The notes under the pieces: generated by a model
What the model saw: only the letters and a program-made list of their open reading frames with translations
Told to the model about the DNA's origin: nothing
Databases searched by the model: none
Program-made: the position numbers and the translations under genes
Part shown: positions 12,501-24,369 of the stretch, one piece after another
How the letters are laid out: the number at the start of each line of letters is the position of its first letter
Numbering within the stretch: position 1 is the first letter of the stretch
Assembly (NCBI GenBank): GCA_002269645.1
Contig: NIVC01001009.1
Location: 153,402 to 217,401, forward strand
DNA: 64,000 bases
Direction: 5' to 3'
From: Macrostomum lignano
Taxonomy: Eukaryota

Positions 12501-13406
12501 GATGAGAGTGCCCGTTTTAGCGCGTTACCGGTTGATGAGGATGCGGTTGAGACCGGTTCATGAGGATGAGGTTGAGACTGAGACTGGTTGATGAGGAATG
12601 AGGATGCGGTTGAGACTGGGACTGGTTGATGAGGAATGAGGACACGGTTGAGACCGATTGACGAGGATGCGGTTGAAACCGGTTCATGAGGATGAGGTTG
12701 AGACTGAGACTGGTTGATGAGGATGAGGTTGAGACTGAGACTGGTTGATGAGGATGAGGTTGAGACTGAGACTGGTTGATGAGGATGAGGTTGAGACTGA
12801 GACTGGTTGATGAGGATAAGGTTGAGACTGAGACTGGTTGATAAGGATGCAGTTGAGACTGAGACCGGTTGATGAGCTCTGTAGATGAGGTATTACTTAT
12901 TAAGAACTAGATCAGATGCTGAGTTATTGAGACTCATATCGGTTGGTGAGGATTTGAAAAGAAAGAGCATTAGATAGTAAGTACGAGTCTGTTCAATACG
13001 AAACTGATTGATTTATCACTTTTTATAAATCCAAATTTTAAAATGCATAAAAATTTGGAAGTAAACTGTGTACCTCTGGTGCGCCAAACTTGGGTCCCTT
13101 GTCAACTGCGGCGAAGTAGGTCAGTGGGTTAAGGTTGATTCCAAGTACAATACAGTGCTGCAATAATAAAAGAGCATATAAGGATTCTAGAAGAGTCTTA
13201 ACACATACTCTAAATACTATTTCAAATATTAATGAGCAAGCACTCACACTAAAAGCGCTAGTCTGAGCTAGCTGAATTTGAGTAGCTCGCGACTCCAAAG
13301 CCTTGCCCAGGTGACTAGCTAGGGCCTCAATCAAGCTGGCCCTGTCGGATACTGGACAACCTCGTTTCTTTAGCGAAACTGACAGCTGCTGCAACGTGTG
13401 CTCACC
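6557..13406 (-). CDS. NOL6: Nucleolar protein 6 (Nrap/Utp22), 3' half; two apparent 1-bp deletions near the C-terminus; 5' exons not found
   Basis: Five phase-0 exons with GT-AG sites: 13406-13248, 13157-13074, 12497-12000, 9792-9322, 7229-6557. Motifs: GPKFGAPE|AAEFRQFWSGKSELR, QLEASGKWP, LLPALAGALRGL...VRLCLRWL..H, GFLLFLQLLARHDF|AQQPLIVNLN, PAMFIACPQDR. Confidence 0.88.
7734..8000 (+). mobile_element. tRNA-derived SINE with CORE-like domain (in NOL6 intron, antisense)
   Basis: tRNA-like head with A box (GCTTAGTGG) and B box (GGATTCGAT). 7821-7878 TCCTTAAGCAAGGCACTTAACTCTGCATTGCTTCAGTTCACCCATCTGTAAAACAGG resembles the MIR/CORE consensus. AT-rich tail. End approximate. Confidence 0.7.
8177..8359. 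mobile_element. hAT-type MITE, 183 bp
   Basis: 8-bp TSD TCACTAAG at 8169-8176 and 8360-8367; imperfect TIRs CAAGGGTGCACCCAG / CTGGTGGCACCACTG. Confidence 0.8.
8445..9155. repeat. 22-bp minisatellite (TAGCTTCAGGATCGGGACTCAT) in NOL6 intron
   Basis: Tandem copies with diverged variants. Confidence 0.95.
10343..11553 (-). mobile_element. Non-autonomous P-superfamily DNA transposon with about 190-bp TIRs and decayed THAP domain
   Basis: 8-bp TSD GCACGGAA (10335-10342, 11554-11561). TIR starts CATGGATGAAGGAATAG, similar to the P-element CATGATGAAATAAC. Minus strand about 11270-11035 reads FSSKAESSQQLSI*LSSIKTSPKFTPTRNTVLCDKHFSP...NLANPGAIP (THAP W mutated to TGA; C..HF and AIP motifs kept). Confidence 0.75.
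12535..12880. repeat. About 31-bp minisatellite (GAGGATGAGGTTGAGACTGAGACTGGTTGAT) in NOL6 intron
   Basis: Tandem copies next to the 12497 acceptor. Confidence 0.9.
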
Positions 13407-14739
13407 CTGGATGCTGTGAAATATAAGTGGGTAATAGCAGGAATTTAGTGACATGCTCACATTTTCGTCTTATGAATAAAAAGGACAGACATATAGTTTA
13501 GGTATAAAGAAGAGATAAGAGTGGAAGGCAAGATCAAACAAATCTATAGATTGGACAGTACTGCATAAGAGAGAAAAACCAAAACGAGTCATCAACAGTT
13601 CCATAGATTGAAGGTATCAGTAAAGATGAGTGTGGAAGCTAAATTGAATCATCAACAGATCTATAGGATGGACTGCATGATTAACTTATTATTTATCATT
13701 TTCATACGAGCTATGCTCGTTTTTGCAACAATTTTCCATGACACAAAATGACTTTGAACCCAGGATTTCATTCAAACACTAAAAACTTAGTTCACATGTA
13801 AATGAATTAATATACTTACATTAGAATATGATCATGGGCAAGAAGGAAGCTCTTAGACATTAGCAAAGAAACTTTATTTTGACCAATATTGCCAGGAATA
13901 CTATTCTTTGATATCAAAGTCCCATTGCCTGTCCTTTTTGGGTGAACACTTCTCTTCAGAGAAGGCAAAATATACTTGCTCGTCTTCTTCTTTTTAACCA
14001 ACTTAGTGGATGCTTTATATTGATGTCTTGCCATTTGGATAACTTTATTATTAAAACAGCTCATGCATTAAAAAATGGATAATAACAAAATAGAAACAAA
14101 ATATAGCAGCCTAGCTTTTTAGTAGGCCTATAATTGAATAAAAAGGTAAAACAAAATATTAAGCTATAATAAGTATAATGATTAATGAATAGAATATGCA
14201 CAAAAAAAATTATTTACTATCTTTTTTCTCTTTAATTTGTGATTTTTGTGATCCATATTATTAGGTAAAACAAAATGATCTCACCATTTTTGAAGCCTTT
14301 ATTGAAATGAAGTACTAGAAGTATATGCAATAGAACTATAGGCCCTAGCACTATAGTTAAAACTTGAATATTCAGGTTGCTTTATATTAGTCAATGGCCT
14401 TTTTATACCTCTGCACGTGGCTTCTAGAAATTATATAGTTTTATCTTTATGAACCACGAGAACTATTTTATTCAATTAAGAACTTGAATAGAAATTTGTA
14501 TAATTTGAACTTAGAAAGACTACACTATATAAGACATGATTTTCAATTATAAATTAAACTAAAGTTAGGCCTCTGTCTAGCCTAGAACTTATATTTTTAT
14601 ATTCAAATTTGGGAGTCACTATATCTCTCAATATACTATAACTGACACATTGTTTGTGTGTATGTATGTATATTGCAAGTAAACTCCTACAATACTGCCA
14701 AGTCAGCGTCGAAACTTATATGGGAAAACTGCAAATTTT

Positions 14740-15330
14740 TCTAAATATAAAAATCAAAACTCTGTGTGTCTGTCTGGACAATTTTGATCACTATGGACTC
14801 CCAAACCGCTCAACCAAATTACACTAAACTTTACACCCACCCTAAACTTACTACGGATAATGTCTTAGGCTACCTTAAAATTTCCTAAATTTGACTCTTC
14901 CTACCTAAAAGTGCAAAAAATTGCTCAAAATGTGCAATTTTTTCACTAAATCCTCCATAGCGCCGCTCCATTTTTACAGATTCCCTTCAAATTTGACACA
15001 GACAGTCTTCAACTATTTTGGCACAATCATGTAAAAATTTTGAGTCTGAAAGTTAATCCTGAATGGCGCTGTGCACTTTTAAAGTTAGGCTGTTTTTTCA
15101 GCGAGGCAGCCATCCCAACATCCACCCGCCTGTCTCTCTTTCCCGATCTGGGCCCAGATGTGTAAAAGCCATAAGGGGTTTCAAAATTGACTAACTTTCA
15201 GCTGCCATAAGTTTGCTCCACATAAAGCGATTGACATCAAACTTGACACAATTCTTCATTGATTCATTCTCTGTCAAAATGTAAAGTTTCAACTCTGTAA
15301 CCCAATTAGAACAGAAACTGTAAGCATGAG
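14740..15330 (+). mobile_element. Probable Helitron/HINE-like non-autonomous element
   Basis: Starts TCTAAATATAAAAAT..(GTCT)n..CTCCCAAACCGCTCAACCAAATT..AAACTT, with two further degenerate AAAC/TTTGACACA core copies. This layout is typical of DINE/Lep1-like elements. The 3' end is not resolved. Confidence 0.4.
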
Positions 15331-15959
15331 AAGTTTGTCTGCTTTTTCTGTTGTTTGTGCCACTCACTCACTCATTCCCCCAGAGCCAGACCAAGGGTCA
15401 GGTGATAGGGCTGAATGTACATGGCAATGTACACTGTTTTGGAGTAGCTTTGTTTATGGCTTTCTCTGCACCCCTGTGGAGAGCTACGTTTAGCCATCCA
15501 TAACAGTTTAGTGAGTAGCACTGTCCTCTATATTGGCAAACTTTGCAGCAGTTTAACAGTGGATGGCAATTGGCAATGGCAAATCAAGGTAATCCAGCAT
15601 GGTTTGTAAAAGCGAAAATTTATGAAAAGGCGATGCAATGCGATTCAACCCTACTAAATTAGACACACCATGGAAATTTAAGGTTTCTCTTAAAGGTACT
15701 TTCAAATTTAAATGGCCTCCTAAGAAATGCGTATTTCCTTGGTTGTTAGACTGTTGCAGACTGCAGTGGAGCTGAAGATACACAAATTCCTTTCAGGACT
15801 GTAAAAAATTGGCAAGAAGGTGACATGATCAAAGCATGAGAACAACAATGAGAGTAGTACGTCCCACAAACTGGCTTTCAAAGCAGGGATTGGCAGACTT
15901 TTACTTCAAAAGCCAGATAAAGAATCCAGCTTATGTGCGGGCCAGATAGAGTGGAAAGG

Positions 15960-16960
15960 AGAAGAAATAGACTATTAGAAGAGAGGAGAGGCGAGAGAGG
16001 GGTAAGAGAAAACATGGAAGATAAGAGGAGAGACAAGTGGTGAGGAGAGAGCAGAGAAGAAGGGAGGAAGAAGCAAGAGGAGGGGAGAAAGGAGGGAGAG
16101 GAAAGAGTAAAGGTGAGAAGAGGGGAGAGATGAGACAGAGGATCGATGAGAGAGGAGAGTAGAGAAGATTGAGAAGAGAGTAGAGACGAGAGAGCAGAAA
16201 GAAGATGACAGAGGAGTGAGAAGAGAAGAGATAGAGATAAGAGAGTGGTGAAAGAAGAAGGGAGAAAGGAGAGATGGGAGACTAAAGGGAAGAGGAGGAG
16301 ATGAGATTGTAGAGATGAGACAGATGAAAGGAGAGATGAGAGAGTAAAGATGAGAGATTAAAAAGGTGAGAGGAGAGTGCAGAGAGACGAGAGAAGATAA
16401 TAGAGGAGAGAGAGTATAGAAGAGGGAAAAGAAAAGAAGAGAGGAGTAAGGAAAGAGAGGAGTCAGAAGAGGGGAAAGAGAAGAGTACACAGGAAAGAGG
16501 AGAGTAAAGATGACAGAAGAGCGAGGGGGATGAGAGAGCAAAGATGAAAGTGAACAGACGAAGGAGAGATGAGAAGTGAGATAAGAGAGATAAAGGAGGG
16601 GAGAGTGGAGAGAGAAGAGAGAAGACAAGAGAGGGAGAGAGGAAGAAAGAAGAGAAGAGAAGAGGAGAGGAGAAAGGAGAAAGGAAAGAGAGGAGTCAGA
16701 AGAGATGAAAGAGAAGAGTACAGAGGAGATAAGTGAGAGAACGTATAAGAGAGTAAAGATGAAAGATGAGAGAGCAGAGATGAGGGTGAACAGACGAGAG
16801 ATGGGAGAGTAGAGAGAACAGAGGAGAGATAAGAGAGAAGAGATTACAGAGACTAGAGGAGAGAGGAGAGACAGGGAGAGAAGAGGAAAGAGGAGAATGA
16901 AGAGGGGAGAGAGTAGAGAGGAGAAGAGAGATGGGAGAGGAGAGATAAAAGAGAGAGAAA

Positions 16961-17058
<98 letters not shown>

Positions 17059-17345
17059 CAGAGCAGAGCAGAGCAGAGCAGAGAGAAACGAGAAGAGATA
17101 AGAGAGAAAATATAAAAGAAGAGAAAGGAGAGATGAGAGAGCAGACGAGAGAAGAGAGGTGAGGGAAGAGACGAGAGACGAGGGGAGAGAGGAGAGATAA
17201 AACAAGAAGAGATGAGAGGAAAGAGAGGAAAGAGTAGAGAGGAGAAGGAAGAGACGAGAAAAAAGGGGGAGAGAGGAGAGGAGAAAGAGAAGAAAGGAGA
17301 GACGAGGGACGAGAGAGAAGAGAGGAAACAGAAGAGGAGATACAA
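15960..17345. repeat. 1.4-kb polypurine (GA-rich) low-complexity tract with a pure (GA)n core
   Basis: Almost only A/G on the plus strand; (GA)n at about 16965-17050; internal block similarity between about 16460 and about 16690. Confidence 0.95.
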
Positions 17346-17566
17346 GTTGCTCCAATCGATCCAAGGTATGTAGGGAGAGTCAGAGGCAGAGGCCAGAGTT
17401 TGCCAATACATGTTTTAGAGTTAGACAGACATTGCCCGATGTAGTGTGAGCATCTTTGCGTGTAAATTGACTGCATTAGTTTCTATATTGTTATTGAATT
17501 GTTATTTTGCTTTAGTTTAGTCATGCGTTTTTTGTGTACTTTTTCTAGTTGGTTGAAATCTAAAAT

Positions 17567-18590
17567 TGTAAACAGGTTAGAGTTAGACGCCATCTGTGAC
17601 TCAGCGGAGGGTTGAGTTTGTCTGCGAACCCCAGCTTTGCGCGGTCAGCCAATCAGAACCGGCCTGGACCCTGGCACGCGGCAAGTTTCAATTTTACCCG
17701 GCGCCGCGGGCACAGTGCGATTCGGCTTAAGCAAGCGGCCGGCCAGACGACCACCACCCGGCTTGAGGGGGTTTTGAGGGGTTGTGACTCTGACTATATA
17801 TGAGAGTGTGTTTTGGCAATTGGATCTCGCTTGCTCTCTTTCCCCGGTTTTGTCTTGTCCAGTTCCCGGCCGGTGGCCCGACTTTTCCTCCCCTTGTTGG
17901 TTCGCGCTTTGAGGCGTTTTGATTTCATCACCCCCGGTCCATATCTTTGTTCCCGCCCAAACGCAGTAGTCTTGTGGCGTAACGTCTACGGCATTCCTGT
18001 CTGAAGTCGTCGCTATCAAGCGCGGTTAGATAGAGACTGTCGGATCTGATCAAGTACGCGGCCTCGACCCCGAGGGCCTCAGTGTTACACTGAAGGGCAG
18101 TGCCGATAGAATTTAGTCGGTTCTCCGTTGAACGGTCGATTCGGCAGGGCTCTCGTTTGAGAGTAGGTTCTGGTTTAGGCCAGGGGTTAGGAGTCTTCTC
18201 CGTGGTCCTGTGTTCGGTGCCTTCTTCTTCTTCAGCTGAGATCCGCTTGCCAGTTGCGTAATTAATTTATTAGTTATTAATCGTTATTATCATCTGTGTC
18301 AATTTATCTGCGCCGCGAATTGCATCTTGTAATTGAATCTTGTTGAATCTTGTAACTCAGCTAATCAAATTAAACCGTCAATCAAGTTAGTTATTCTGAA
18401 ATAGGATTATCACTCTCTAAATCTTTCGGTTTGTGTTTCCTCGTGTTCTTTATTTTCTTGTACTGTACCTGCGGCTATTGGAGAAGACTGGTAGAACTCG
18501 CCGACCGGCGATAGGCGATTAGGATTAATAGCTTTAAAATCTCCGAACGCTCCAAGTAGGTTTGTCTAGGGCCTAATTAATTGCTCACCG
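17567..18590 (+). mobile_element. Possible solo LTR
   Basis: CpG-rich block starting TGTAAAC, with CCAAT (about 17649), TATA-like CTATATAT (about 17795) and AATTAAA (about 18368) in LTR order. No TSD found; end approximate. Confidence 0.35.
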
Positions 18591-19071
18591 TGCATGCTAT
18601 TATCTAATTGCCTATTCATCACACCGATATTCTGCGCAGCATGTACCCCAGCCAACAATATCAAATGTTTGCCTCAAATCCTAATTTTACACAATGTACT
18701 CCATTTTATGTTTACTCTATCCTATTAACTATTAACAAGCTTTTGTTTGAGTATGGCCTCAGATCTCAGAGCACATGCACAAATATTTCTGGGAATTGGA
18801 ATTCCCTAGGTTCAAAATCCACAGGTTTTAACAGCTTGTAAAGTTATATATTTTAGATTTTTACATTAACTATATAGTTTGGAAAGCAACATGTATGCTA
18901 GGATTTCCCACAATACAACAATGGTATTTGCCAGTTTTCAGCATATATCAGCATATATGACATAGTGGATACTGTCATATAAAAGTAACACATTTTTTCT
19001 CCTTGCATAAAAATGTGGTCCTATATTTCTTGCTTCCACTGTGTTGTAGAAATTGAACAAGGCCATTGATT

Positions 19072-19507
19072 GGGGGGGGGGGTTTAACAAACTCGAAATT
19101 TCATAACATTTAACTCAAATAGCAACCACTTTTACAAGGTCGAAATTTCACAACATTGAAAACTTTAGCAAGAGACTTCATAAGGTTGAAATTTCACAAC
19201 ATTGAAAACTCAAATAGCAACCACTTTCACAAGGACGAAACTTTACAAGGTCGAAATTTCACAATATAGAAAACTACTGCATAGTTCTTGTTATATTAAG
19301 TTTTTAACCTTGTGAAGTTTCAACCTTATGAAAGTGGTTTCTATTTGAGTTTTCAATGTTATGAAATTTTGACCTTGTAAAATTTCAACCTTATGAAGTC
19401 TCTTGCTAGAGTTTTCAATGTTGTGAAATTTTGACCTTGTGAAGTTTCAACCTTGTGAAATAATTTACTTTTCAACATTGTGAAATTTTGACCTTGTGAA
19501 AGCATCC
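19072..19507. mobile_element. Foldback MITE with 9-bp TSD (Mutator- or Merlin-like)
   Basis: CCATTGATT at 19063-19071 and 19508-19516. The body is built of inverted arrays of TTTCACAAGGTCGAAATTTCACAACATTGAAAA. Confidence 0.7.
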
Positions 19508-20084
19508 CCATTGATTTAGCTAAGAAAAAGCAACAATTAAGCATTCACTGAGAGGCCTGCAATACCTTATAATATATTTAACTCAAGTCTCTCAGAACAA
19601 CCACCCTATTATACACACAGAGGGGGGATGCCAAGTATACACAAACCAAAGGGTGCTAAGCAGTCATATAACTAACCCATAACACTCCCCTTAATGATTC
19701 ATTATTACAATAGACTTGATAACTAAAAATACAATGCACTATCACTAGAGTACTAAGTTATCAAGAAAGCAAAAATACAAAAGGTGCCAAGGAGCAAAAA
19801 TGTAAGCACTATCACTATCACTAGCATACTGTAACATAGGGAAAACCAATTGTTGCATTGAGGCTCAACTAATGTACTGGTAGGAGAGAAATGCTCATAG
19901 AGTATGAGCACAATATGCTAGGATAAGAATAAGAACTTGAATATTGAAACTAAGAAAGGAATAAAGACTGAGAACTCAGATGTCAATAGTCACTATCGGC
20001 TTTTGAAAAGTCAATAATAGTTCATTCAGTCATGGCTTCTAGCAAAATCAGGTTCTCAGCTTCCCTAGGAACTATGTTGAAAAT

Positions 20085-20790
20085 TGTTAACACTTTTCTC
20101 AATGGCAAACTGACTGAACCTACTCAGATGAAAGTTCGTGAATCCACCTCTGATTGTCCCTTGATCACTTTACCTTTCTTTGGGGTTTGATCTATTGAGT
20201 TCAAAAAGAAGATTGAAAAACTGTTCTATCAAGACTTAAACACTTAAATCCATGTTGTTTTTTGCACTGAAAAGGTTGCTAAGTTTGTCTATAAGCTGAA
20301 ATCCAGTATTCCTTGTCTTATTGCAGCAGGTGTCATATAAAAATTTATTTTCTCTGAGGACCAGAGCATCTCCTATATTAGGAAAACTAAACAATACCTG
20401 TACACGAGGGTTAGAGAGCACTGGCTAAAAAACTCTGCCATTAACAAAAACTTGCTAACTTGCAACAGTTGTTGTGATGCTGATCCACATGAGATGATTA
20501 AGGCTATTGATTTTTGCAATAGAGATCATATTCATATACTCTGCCTATTAGAAGCCCTGTATATTAAAATGAGACAGCCCATGTTAAATAACCAATTTGC
20601 GATAGGTGGGGCTAGCTGTCAACTCTGCATAGCTTTTAAACCATCAAAATTATATGTACTTTCATACTTCTCTCCACTTACTATATATACTGTTTGTGTG
20701 AAATAATTTGGTTCAAATATATTTCAACCCTGAAGATGTCCAATATTGGACAAAATGCATTGGTAACTCAAATAAATAACTAATACTTAA
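20085..20790 (+). mobile_element. Penelope-like element 3' fragment (linker plus GIY-YIG endonuclease, inactivated)
   Basis: One frame with stops reads ITLPFFGV*S..KKKIEKLF...VVF...GVI*KF...SYIRKTKQYLYTRVREH...SAI...C..C...LLEALYIKMRQPMLNNQ, followed by a hammerhead-like motif and AAATAAA. Confidence 0.8.
20710..20765 (+). ncRNA. Degenerate Penelope-type hammerhead ribozyme motif (probably inactive)
   Basis: CTGAAGA (20730-20736), stem II palindrome TGTCCAAT/ATTGGACA, then AAAA in place of the conserved GAAA, then TGCATTGG. Confidence 0.55.
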
Positions 20791-22201
20791 TGTTGATATT
20801 GAACTTTATTTATCTACTTTTCATTAAGCGAGCTACTTTACCTGATTTCATTTTAATATGGTTTTAGAATTTAGTTTGGGTGCCATATTGTAGAAATTAA
20901 ATAAGTAAAAGGGCTATCAATTAAGCAAATAATAAAAATTGACAATTAAGTGCTTATTGAAAGGCCTATAATACCTTATACTCTTTAACTTAGTCTCTTG
21001 CAACAATCACCCCATCATATACATGTATATAGACAAAAGAAGGAGGCTGGGAGATACTAAGCATATATACAAACTAGAGAGTGCTAGGCAGATACAATTA
21101 ACCTTAACATACTAGACCTAATATATAATAATACACAATCTAAATTATAGTAATATGGTAAAGCCTATTAGAGTTGCATATTCAAGTTGAGATCAATTAC
21201 TAATATGAATCATAGTCAAAATATCTAAATTCATTTTGTCTATTAGTACTATTATAGTATTATGTTATGATCTTTTTCCTAAATATTATTTTAATATATT
21301 TTTGATATGACTTTTACATGTCTTAGGCCTAACCAATTTCTATAGTAGAGGCCTACCTAAGAATAAAATTGATTTTAACCTTTTTATTTCTGTGGCCTTG
21401 CCTTGGCCTTCCTTATTTATTTATAAAAATAAATCTAATACTTTCCTATTTAGGTATAATTATTAATACTAAGCTAATATTAATTAATAAGCATACTTAA
21501 CTTAGTAAAAGTAATACACAAAAATAAAATAGGCATGGCAAAACCTTTCAAACAATTTTTTTTAAAGTGAGGCTTAGCCCTTAGACTTAGTAGGCCTAAA
21601 ATACATTGGGGAGACCACGGAAAAACATTTTTGTCATTGCTATTTGTCTGGAACCAGTAGCCTAACCAGACCAAGGACCACTTCAGTAGTATAGGCCCCT
21701 AACAGTTTGGCGTGGTCCTTAATACTTGCCTGCCTGCCATGCGCAAGTGCAAGGCCTTGGGCTTGTTGGGGTCGGTCGACAGTCGGTGATAAAGCAATCT
21801 GCACCAACGTCCGACATAGGCCTAACCTTTGCTTGTCACCGGAACGACTATAATCCACTACAAGTATATGTAAAAGCGAGTCAGCTCTTACTTTTATGTG
21901 TAAATTTGTAAAGTGCATTATCAGACCATCGCAAATCAATGTAAGCCTAAGGTGCGAGCCTGTTGTTCTGTTCTTCGGACTATAAGCAGTATGTCGTAGG
22001 TGTGCCATCGTATTTAGATAAAAAATTGTTTGAAGACTAGGCCTGGCCTGATTGGACCTTAAATTTTCTTGCTCACGAAGGCTGGATTATAATTAAGCAA
22101 TATTTGTTCTTCAATATTACATCTGCTTAAGTTAAACTACTCTGATTTCTAAGAATTATTAAGCATTTTTTTAATTTTCACCACATCTGCCGCGAGTCCT
22201 A

Positions 22202-22655
22202 GGTCCATCTCGTCATCTGCCATTTCGTCATCTGGGTGTCTGGGGTGCTCACCTCGACTATGGTCACTTTCGTCATCTTAATTAACATGCACTACCTGAA
22301 GAGAGTCATTTCGTCATCCACCAATCACATTAATTAGTTCTAACTTCAAGTGAATTATTGTGGCAATCAAATATATTTAGGCCCTACTTGGAATCCTAAT
22401 GATCCCAGTCATTTGACTCATTTTGTCATCTCGATTGATAAAACCTGTCGATCGATCGGTTCTGCTTGCCGCAGCTTATATTTATTAAACAAAAAATAGT
22501 TTACACTAACTCGAATCAAGCACAGATTGATTGGTTGATGACGAAGTATCCATCATAACTAAATATTTGGTCACTTCGTCATATTACTCTTCAAGCTACT
22601 TTGCTTCTGGTCACTTCGTCATCCGATATGACGAAATGGAATATTACGATCTGAC
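22202..22655. mobile_element. Degenerate MITE with repeated TTCGTCAT subterminal motifs
   Basis: Ends GGTCCATCTCGTCATCTGCCATTTCGTCAT / ATGACGAAATGGAATATTACGATCTGACC are imperfect inverted repeats. No TSD found. Confidence 0.5.
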
Positions 22656-24369
22656 CCTGCCCCATCCGTACCCATAATTTTTCATTTGTAATTTTTCATT
22701 TATTTATACTCGTTGTCTCGTTAGGTCCAAGGAATCTGCAACTTCTTTAACTTTAGACCTAGGTTGATAAGTTAGTTACAGTATTGATAGCATCATAATT
22801 TTGCCTCTAGGGTTTTTGATGGTGCTGATTTAAATTTAAATTTAATATAGGGTAAAGCATCATCAACCAAACAAGGGATCTTCAGAGCCGAATATACAAG
22901 TGACTTTCATTTTTACTGTCTCACAGGGAATATTAGATATTCCAAGAGTCCACAAAAGTGACATATCATTTGAAAGAAGATATTCTCATCTACAAAATGA
23001 GATACAGGTTTGACGATCTACTTAATGGATACTCGAGAAAATTAGCATTATTGATAAAAAATTTGAAGAAATATGCATTTTAAAGTTTTTTCTTGATTTG
23101 GGATGTCTATAGAATTGTTCTATAGACCACAATTTTAAACTTACATTCAAAAGGAAACACTTTTTGAATTCAGTGCTAAATTATCTACAAAATAATATAA
23201 CACATACCAATCTGATATAAAGTTGAGCAAAAAATGTCTTTGTTCGGTTGATGATATCAAATTGCATGTTCGGTTCGGTTTTCAGATCTCAGAATCATCA
23301 ACTGAACGGAAGAATCCTCAAATACGAACGAACAAAAATGGTCCAAAAAAACTTTTTGCTTGCTTCTTCTACCTTATATTAAAAAAGATATTTTATTTAA
23401 AAAACAACTCATTTAAGCTATGTGTTTTTATTTTTACTTGACTTTTTCCTTCTTTTCCTCCTTTATCGTTTAAAAATACTTATAATATAGTCAAAAGAGG
23501 ACGAAAGTAAACTAGGGGTACCTTTACTTTCTAAAAGCAAGGTATTATAGCAAAATAAATGCTCCTCGGGAGGCACTTTGAAATGAACAAAATATCTTGT
23601 CTGCTTTAAGAAACATGTGATAGTTTAAAATTCATTAATGTTAGTCTAATTAGATAGTCTAAAATCAGAAGAAAAGTTTGGCTTCTTCATTACTTTTAAC
23701 ATCAAAAAGTTTGAAGAAATCAGAAAAAAGTCACGATTTTTCTGTTCAATGGGGGTACTATATTCAAATGCAGATAAACAATATTTTTCTATAACTCTTA
23801 GTGCAAGAGTTATACTTTTTAGAAAGAGTATGAATTAATCTTTACAATAAGATATATTGCAGAAAAAACAAACAAGAAATAAAAAAGTTATTAGTGTTCG
23901 AACACAAAAACCGAACACCAGATACCCTGTTCGGTCTGAACATCCCCTAGATTAGAATCATCGTTTGGTTTTCAGATAAAATCATCAATAACTTTTTTTC
24001 TACTTGTGCAATAAAATAAAGCAACCATTCATTTAAAAGAAAAAAAATGTTCTAAACAACTTCTGGATAGTTTTATTTCACTACATATAAAACTTTTTTT
24101 GCTATGCAAGAAAGAAGGTTGAAAAATGATACTTTTATGTTCGGTTGATGATGCTTTACCCTAGCTACCCCAAGTGTGGTCATACATGCGCAACAGTCGG
24201 CCGATCCGGCCGACCGATTTGGCGGCCAACCAAGTAAGTCGCAAAATTGATTAACCGCCAAAAAAAAACGAAAAAACAAAAGACGAAAAAGGGGAAAGGA
24301 AAAGGAAAAAATGAGAAAAAGGGAGCAAAGAGAAAGAGAAAAACACAAAAAAAGTTGTAAGTGCTGTAA

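Larger units (their letters stand above)
19530..21109 (-). mobile_element. Decayed, internally deleted LTR element (two diverged LTRs) containing a Penelope fragment
   Basis: Similar blocks at about 19530-19684 and about 20940-21109, both starting TGTTA on the minus strand. A polypurine tract AAGGGGAG abuts the copy starting at 19684. Confidence 0.45.

Noticed and set aside
15770-15900. VKNWQEGDMIKA, resembling a psq-type HTH of pogo transposases
   Set aside because: Short, stop-ridden, and no TIRs found.
15975-17476. Leu/Ser-rich ORFs that look like membrane proteins
   Set aside because: Translation of the polypyrimidine strand of a GA-rich tract.
17340-17480. Possible upstream NOL6 exon (LASASDSPYIPWIDW)
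   Set aside because: Weak similarity and no convincing splice sites.
21640-22008. 122-aa minus-strand ORF
   Set aside because: No recognisable domain or exon boundaries; lies among repeat debris.
23098-23950. hAT-like MITE with GTTCGG/CCGAAC motifs and a CATCCCCTA end
   Set aside because: Left end degenerate and no TSD; boundaries cannot be supported.
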